From Minisyncoccota bacterium (GTDB lineage Bacteria; Patescibacteriota; Minisyncoccia; Phycocordibacterales; PALSA-1337), in contig JBAYJB010000004.1 in NCBI GenBank assembly GCA_041665325.1, positions 1,048-65,047 on the forward strand: a DNA stretch of 64,000 nucleotides, given 5' to 3'. Of this stretch, positions 60,101 through 64,000 are shown one piece after another. A program made the translations under genes and the position numbers. Under the pieces are notes generated by a model. The model saw nothing but the letters and a program-made list of their open reading frames with translations, made no database searches and was not told where the DNA came from. Position 1 is the stretch's first letter. Each line of letters starts with the position of its first letter.

Positions 60101-60176
60101 TGGAGCCGAAGGCCGGGATTGAACCGGCGACCCCATCTTTACGAAAGATGTGCTCTACCAACTGAGCTACTTCGGC
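60101..60176 (-). tRNA. tRNA-Thr (anticodon CGU), CCA encoded
   Basis: Cloverleaf folded by hand: acceptor GCCGAAG/CTTCGGC, anticodon loop TTCGTAA, T-loop TTCAATC. Confidence 0.85.
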
Positions 60177-60190
60177 GGTGACTCCACACT

Positions 60191-60266
60191 GGAGCCGATG
60201 GCCAGAATTGAACTGGCGACCTACTCCTTACCATGGAGTTGCTCTACCAACTGAGCTACATCGGCG
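60191..60266 (-). tRNA. tRNA-Thr (anticodon GGU), CCA encoded
   Basis: Cloverleaf folded by hand: anticodon loop ATGGTAA. Confidence 0.85.
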
Positions 60267-60315
60267 GATTGGTACTATAAAATGGGACAAGAAAGGAACT
60301 CACAAACGAACCGAG

Positions 60316-60389
60316 CGCGCCCGATGGGACTCGAACCCACGACCTCTCCCGTGACAGGGGAGCGTTCTAGCCAGCTGAACTACGGGCGC
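60316..60389 (-). tRNA. tRNA-Asp (anticodon GUC)
   Basis: Cloverleaf folded by hand: anticodon loop CTGTCAC, T-loop TTCGAGT. Confidence 0.85.
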
Positions 60390-60430
60390 ATGGAGAGTAA
60401 TGTATCAGAAGAACCGCTAAAATCAAAATG

Positions 60431-60504
60431 TGTCGGCGGCAGGACTTGCACCTGCGACCTAGGGCTTATGAGTCCCTCGCTCTAACTACCTGAGCTACGC
60501 CGAC
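60431..60504 (-). tRNA. tRNA with a CAU anticodon (Met elongator, or Ile2 via lysidine); the T-loop TGCAAGT is unusual
   Basis: Folded by hand: G28-G30/C40-C42 run in the anticodon stem with a 31-39 A/G mismatch, and G at position 55. Confidence 0.6.
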
Positions 60505-60587
60505 GTGGAATGAGCGCTTCGTAACAATAAACGAAAAAACTCATACTTGCAACGACCTCTCCGTTGTGGCACAATGTCTCTCTCACG

Positions 60588-60662
60588 CCGCGGGGTAGGG
60601 TAACGGTAACCCGTCAGGCTCATAACCTGAAAATTGGCGGTTCGATTCCGCCCCCCGCAACC
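60588..60662 (+). tRNA. tRNA-Met (anticodon CAU) with a C1xA72 mismatch (initiator-like); CCA encoded
   Basis: Folded by hand: acceptor CGCGGGG/CCCCGCA with an unpaired C1/A72, anticodon loop CTCATAA, T-loop TTCGATT. Confidence 0.7.
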
Positions 60663-60663
60663 A

Positions 60664-61791
60664 TTATTTAATGTCCGTGAAAGAGCCGTTTGCCAAGACT
60701 TCTCTCCAAGTTAATCCGGTGTTTATATTCTGACAAGATGAGTCAAATTTTATCTCGCCCGTAATCCCTTGGTATGCGGGCATCTTTACGAGCGCCTTGG
60801 CGATTTTCTGTGGGTCTCCTCCCTCTTCCTGAATAGCCGCCACAAGTATGTTGAGACTATCGTAAGTCAATGCCCCAAGTAATATTGGTACAGCATTATA
60901 TTTGGTCTGGTAAGATTGCGCATACCTCATCGCATTTGGATTACGATTTAACGCAACTTGAGGAGTATAGATATAATCTACAAATCTTGTCCCATTAGCC
61001 ACAGTGCGATCTTTCATATTGGGGCTAGTAATAGTCCAGATGTCGCTCAAAATAGGTTTATCCCAACCGAGTTCCGCCAACTGTTTGAACATTGGTTCGG
61101 GCGTTATGTTGTTTATCACAACTAAGGCATCAACGTCTTTCTCGTATTGAAGGAGTTTCAGAACGTTTGACCTTAAATCTCCTGATGTCTGATCATACAA
61201 TTCGACTTTAACAATCTTACCCGTGAACGAACTAACAATAGCATCCCTCATTACTGTCCCATATTCATTATTGGGCACAAATATAGCCAACTTATTATAA
61301 GACAGTTCACTGGCATATGCAGATACGCTCGGCCCGAGGATATCTGCAGTCAAGCCAACCCTACAGGTAAGAGGACTGGTATCCGTAAAGACTGGTGTGG
61401 TGGCTGACTGAGCGAAAATCATGATTCCATCCTGAACAGCCTTCTCTCTGATTGCAGCAACAACAGGACTTCCATCGGCTATAATGATCCTTGCACCTTT
61501 CAACTTAAGAGACTCATAACCGCTCAATGAGGTCTTGGGGTCATATTTAGAATCTTCGTATACGAGTTGGTACATACTTGTATCAATACCCGCAGATCGG
61601 AGATCCTCCAGCGCCATAGAGATAGCGTTCTTTTGAACCTCCCCGGCAACAGCAATTGGCCCTGATAATGGAGTAAGTACTCCGATCTTTACCCCTTCCC
61701 TATCAGACAGATTCGATTGTTTATTAACACTTATAATAATGACCGCGAGAGCAATAACAATCAATACGGTAATCGAAATGTTTCTTTTCAT
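60664..61791 (-). CDS. Periplasmic substrate-binding protein, type I PBP (Leu/Ile/Val-binding, LivJ-like), with no ABC permease or ATPase genes adjacent
   Basis: Signal/TM segment and GVLTPLSGPIAVAGEVQKNAISMALEDL, a pattern I read as typical of LivJ-type binding proteins. Confidence 0.75.
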   Translation of the reverse strand: MKRNISITVLIVIALAVIIISVNKQSNLSDREGVKIGVLTPLSGPIAVAGEVQKNAISMALEDLRSAGIDTSMYQLVYEDSKYDPKTSLSGYESLKLKGARIIIADGSPVVAAIREKAVQDGIMIFAQSATTPVFTDTSPLTCRVGLTADILGPSVSAYASELSYNKLAIFVPNNEYGTVMRDAIVSSFTGKIVKVELYDQTSGDLRSNVLKLLQYEKDVDALVVINNITPEPMFKQLAELGWDKPILSDIWTITSPNMKDRTVANGTRFVDYIYTPQVALNRNPNAMRYAQSYQTKYNAVPILLGALTYDSLNILVAAIQEEGGDPQKIAKALVKMPAYQGITGEIKFDSSCQNINTGLTWREVLANGSFTDIK

Positions 61792-61845
61792 GATTGAATT
61801 TAAACACTCGGAAATTATTTTATCAAGCGCTTATCAACACCCACG

Positions 61846-62508
61846 TTATATATAATAGAACTCCTCGAACACGCGCTTGTAGCGCTGGATGGCTTCGTTG
61901 GCCTCATGGTGAGACATCGGGAAGCTACTACCGTCGTGGGCGATGCGGTTCCGGACCTTGTGAGCCTCCCAAGCGTCATCGATATTCTTGAATTCGCCCG
62001 GCTGGACGCGCTTGAGCATCTCCCCAACCCCGTCACCCTGATAACCGAGCCCGCGGAGCACATCCTCGAGCATCGTGTCCGCTTCCAGGATGGCCTGCTT
62101 CCAATCATTCTCATTCTGTGAATTGAGGAGGTTGGCGGCCTTGTCCCAGCGGACCGACAGGTCGCGATTGCCTTCACCGGGCACCTTCTCGAAGGCCGGT
62201 TCGACCTTGAGGTCGAACTTCTCCACTTCCCGAGCTCGGATGCGCTTGAGGCCTTCGATGCAATAGACGATACCGATGAGACAGAAGAGTGAGAATGGGA
62301 TCGACAGCACCACGAAGAAGCTCAGGGTGCCCTTACCGAAGCGCTCCAGAGTCGGGAGAAAATGGTTGAGCGAACCGAGCGATGGGGCAAGCAACCGGTC
62401 GAGATATGCGTAGATCGAAGGCCAGAGGGCGACCAGGATCACGATGATCACGAATATTCCGACTCCCGGAGCTACGACATTTTCTTTTTTCTTCTTATCT
62501 TTATCCAT
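61846..62508 (-). CDS. Membrane-anchored protein with a C-terminal HEPN-like (DUF4145-type) domain carrying an Rx4H motif
   Basis: 2 N-terminal TM helices, then a helical C-terminal domain containing RNRIAHDG (R-x4-H). Confidence 0.45.
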   Translation of the reverse strand: MDKDKKKKENVVAPGVGIFVIIVILVALWPSIYAYLDRLLAPSLGSLNHFLPTLERFGKGTLSFFVVLSIPFSLFCLIGIVYCIEGLKRIRAREVEKFDLKVEPAFEKVPGEGNRDLSVRWDKAANLLNSQNENDWKQAILEADTMLEDVLRGLGYQGDGVGEMLKRVQPGEFKNIDDAWEAHKVRNRIAHDGSSFPMSHHEANEAIQRYKRVFEEFYYI

Positions 62509-62532
62509 AGTAAAAGTGCGCCCGAGATATCT

Positions 62533-63969
62533 CTATTGTATCTCACCCAGGAATTCCTTGCCCGCCTCGAAGAGCGTGGCCTCATCGCCATGTCGAGCCG
62601 TGAGCTGGAGGCCTAGCGGCAGTTGTTTGCCATCTCTTTCTGCCATGCCGCATGGGACGGATATGGCCGGCATGCCCGTCAGATTGGCCGTCACTGTGAA
62701 TATATCCTCGAGATACATAGCGACCGGGTCGCTCCCCTTCTCGCCGATCTTGAAGGCTGGCGAAGGAGTCGTCGGAGTAGCGATGAGATCCACGGACTCG
62801 AAGGCTTTGTTGAAGTCCTGGGTGATCAGACCTTTCACGGCATTCGCGCGGTTGTAGTACGCATCATAATAGCCGGATGAGAGGACATATGTCCCGAGCA
62901 GGATGCGGCGGATCGATTCTTTGCCGAATCCGGCACGGCGCGTCTTGAAATAATCCTCTATGCCGTCTTTGCCATCCATATGGAGACCGTATCTGACTCC
63001 GTCGAAACGAGCCAGGTTGGAAGAGACCTCGGCAGGCATGATGACATAATAGACCGGCAGAGCATGGGCAGAATTGGGCAGATCGATCTGCTTGATCTCA
63101 TAGCCCTTACTCTCGAATGATCTGATCGCCGAAGCAAATGCTTCGCTGACAGAACTATCTAAGCCTCCAAACTCCAGGAAAGCTTTCGGCACACCGATGA
63201 CTGGTTTCTTCCGACCGATGCGCTCACTTTTGTAAGTAGAACCATCTATCGTCGTGCCGTCTTTGCCATCCTGACCATGGATGGCGTTGTGTACGATCTC
63301 ACAATCTGCGACTGTCTTGCCGATCGGACCGATCTGGTCGAGCGAAGATCCCATAGCGATGGCTCCGTAGCGAGAGACTCCCCCATATGTCGGCTTGAAT
63401 CCGACCACCCCGCAAAGGCTGGCAGGTTGTCTGATGGAACCACCGGTGTCCGTACCGAGAGCAAACATGGCTCCATCCATCGCCACAGCCGCGGCTGAAC
63501 CACCTGAAGAGCCGCCGGCTACACGCGAAAGGTCATGAGGATTCTTCGTCACTCCGTAGGCAGAATTCTCCGTCGAACTTCCCATAGCAAATTCATCCAT
63601 ATTGGTGCGGCCAAGGAAGACGACGCCCTCTTCCTTCAGCTTGGCGATGACTGTCGCATCGTAGGTGGCATGATAATCTGCGAGGATCTTCGAACCTGCA
63701 CTAGCGATCTTGCCCTGAATGAGCAGGTTGTCCTTGGTCGCGCACGGGATGCCAGTCAGGAGAGTCGCTGTACCGTCCTTGAATCTCTTGTCTGCGGCCT
63801 TGGCCTGATCGAGTGCATCATCGAATACTTCCAGATACGCATTTATATCTTTATTCTTCGCCTTGATCACCTCCAAATAAGCTTGGGTAAGTTCGACGGC
63901 TGAAAATTCGCCGGCTTTCATGGCGGCGTGAGCTTTACGGATGGTCAGGTTGTGTAGGTCTATTTTCAT
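62533..63969 (-). CDS. gatA: Glu-tRNA(Gln)/Asp-tRNA(Asn) amidotransferase subunit A
   Basis: Amidase signature GGSSGGSAAAVA with the Ser-cisSer-Lys triad context, 478 aa. Confidence 0.93.
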   Translation of the reverse strand: MKIDLHNLTIRKAHAAMKAGEFSAVELTQAYLEVIKAKNKDINAYLEVFDDALDQAKAADKRFKDGTATLLTGIPCATKDNLLIQGKIASAGSKILADYHATYDATVIAKLKEEGVVFLGRTNMDEFAMGSSTENSAYGVTKNPHDLSRVAGGSSGGSAAAVAMDGAMFALGTDTGGSIRQPASLCGVVGFKPTYGGVSRYGAIAMGSSLDQIGPIGKTVADCEIVHNAIHGQDGKDGTTIDGSTYKSERIGRKKPVIGVPKAFLEFGGLDSSVSEAFASAIRSFESKGYEIKQIDLPNSAHALPVYYVIMPAEVSSNLARFDGVRYGLHMDGKDGIEDYFKTRRAGFGKESIRRILLGTYVLSSGYYDAYYNRANAVKGLITQDFNKAFESVDLIATPTTPSPAFKIGEKGSDPVAMYLEDIFTVTANLTGMPAISVPCGMAERDGKQLPLGLQLTARHGDEATLFEAGKEFLGEIQ

Positions 63970-64000
63970 CAGAGTAGGAATTGACTAATTTTTCGTAAAA

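Overview
This 64-kb window looks like a compact bacterial chromosome segment of about 50-55% GC with tightly packed genes; the start-site pattern and some gene content point to a small-genome, possibly CPR/Patescibacteria-like lineage, but taxonomy is not established. Core genes I recognise: typA/bipA, truB, hisS, rpoD-dnaG, rpoB-rpoC, rpsP-KH-trmD, a short archaeal-type aspS, msrA, nrnA, ppiB, pyrG, ftsEX, prfB, gatA, a cluster of five tRNA genes (Thr, Thr, Asp and two CAU-anticodon tRNAs) plus a separate tRNA-Gln, a csoR-copA copper operon, an ECF sigma/anti-sigma pair, and an OmpR-family response regulator with no kinase gene in the window. A large secreted multidomain protein (LamG/ConA-like lectin, Ig/FN3-like and beta-helix domains) begins at 3476 with a TTG codon, runs on the minus strand and continues off the window start. 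There are no rRNA genes and no CRISPR array. The most interesting items are listed below. (1) Two orphan transcription units that sit on either side of rpoBC, are bounded by near-consensus promoters and intrinsic terminators, and have little or no coding potential: about 400 nt on the minus strand at 14864-15262 and about 560 nt on the plus strand at 22553-23146 (the second contains an 82-aa ORF). Neither matched RNase P, tmRNA, SRP or 6S RNA motifs by eye. (2) A low-GC islet (51.8-55.6 kb) centred on tRNA-Gln, which carries 2.3 tandem copies of a 40-nt unit derived from the tRNA 5' half and a DinJ-YafQ toxin-antitoxin pair with a palindromic operator in its promoter. (3) A second low-GC islet with a standalone DnaA domain-I-only protein co-transcribed with a hypothetical gene. 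(4) A third low-GC islet with HicB, a 22-codon HicA remnant and a mini protein-kinase-like gene. (5) A perfect 35-nt repeat present in two intergenic regions 10.6 kb apart. (6) A recurring TATAAT-like -10 box placed 6-8 nt upstream of start codons, which implies widespread leaderless mRNAs. (7) Several conflict-system-like singletons: a Cas4/RecB-like 4-Cys nuclease, a membrane-anchored HEPN (Rx4H) protein, and a Trypco2-like small protein next to a NUDIX hydrolase. All domain and family calls are from reading motifs in the translations; none was checked against a database.
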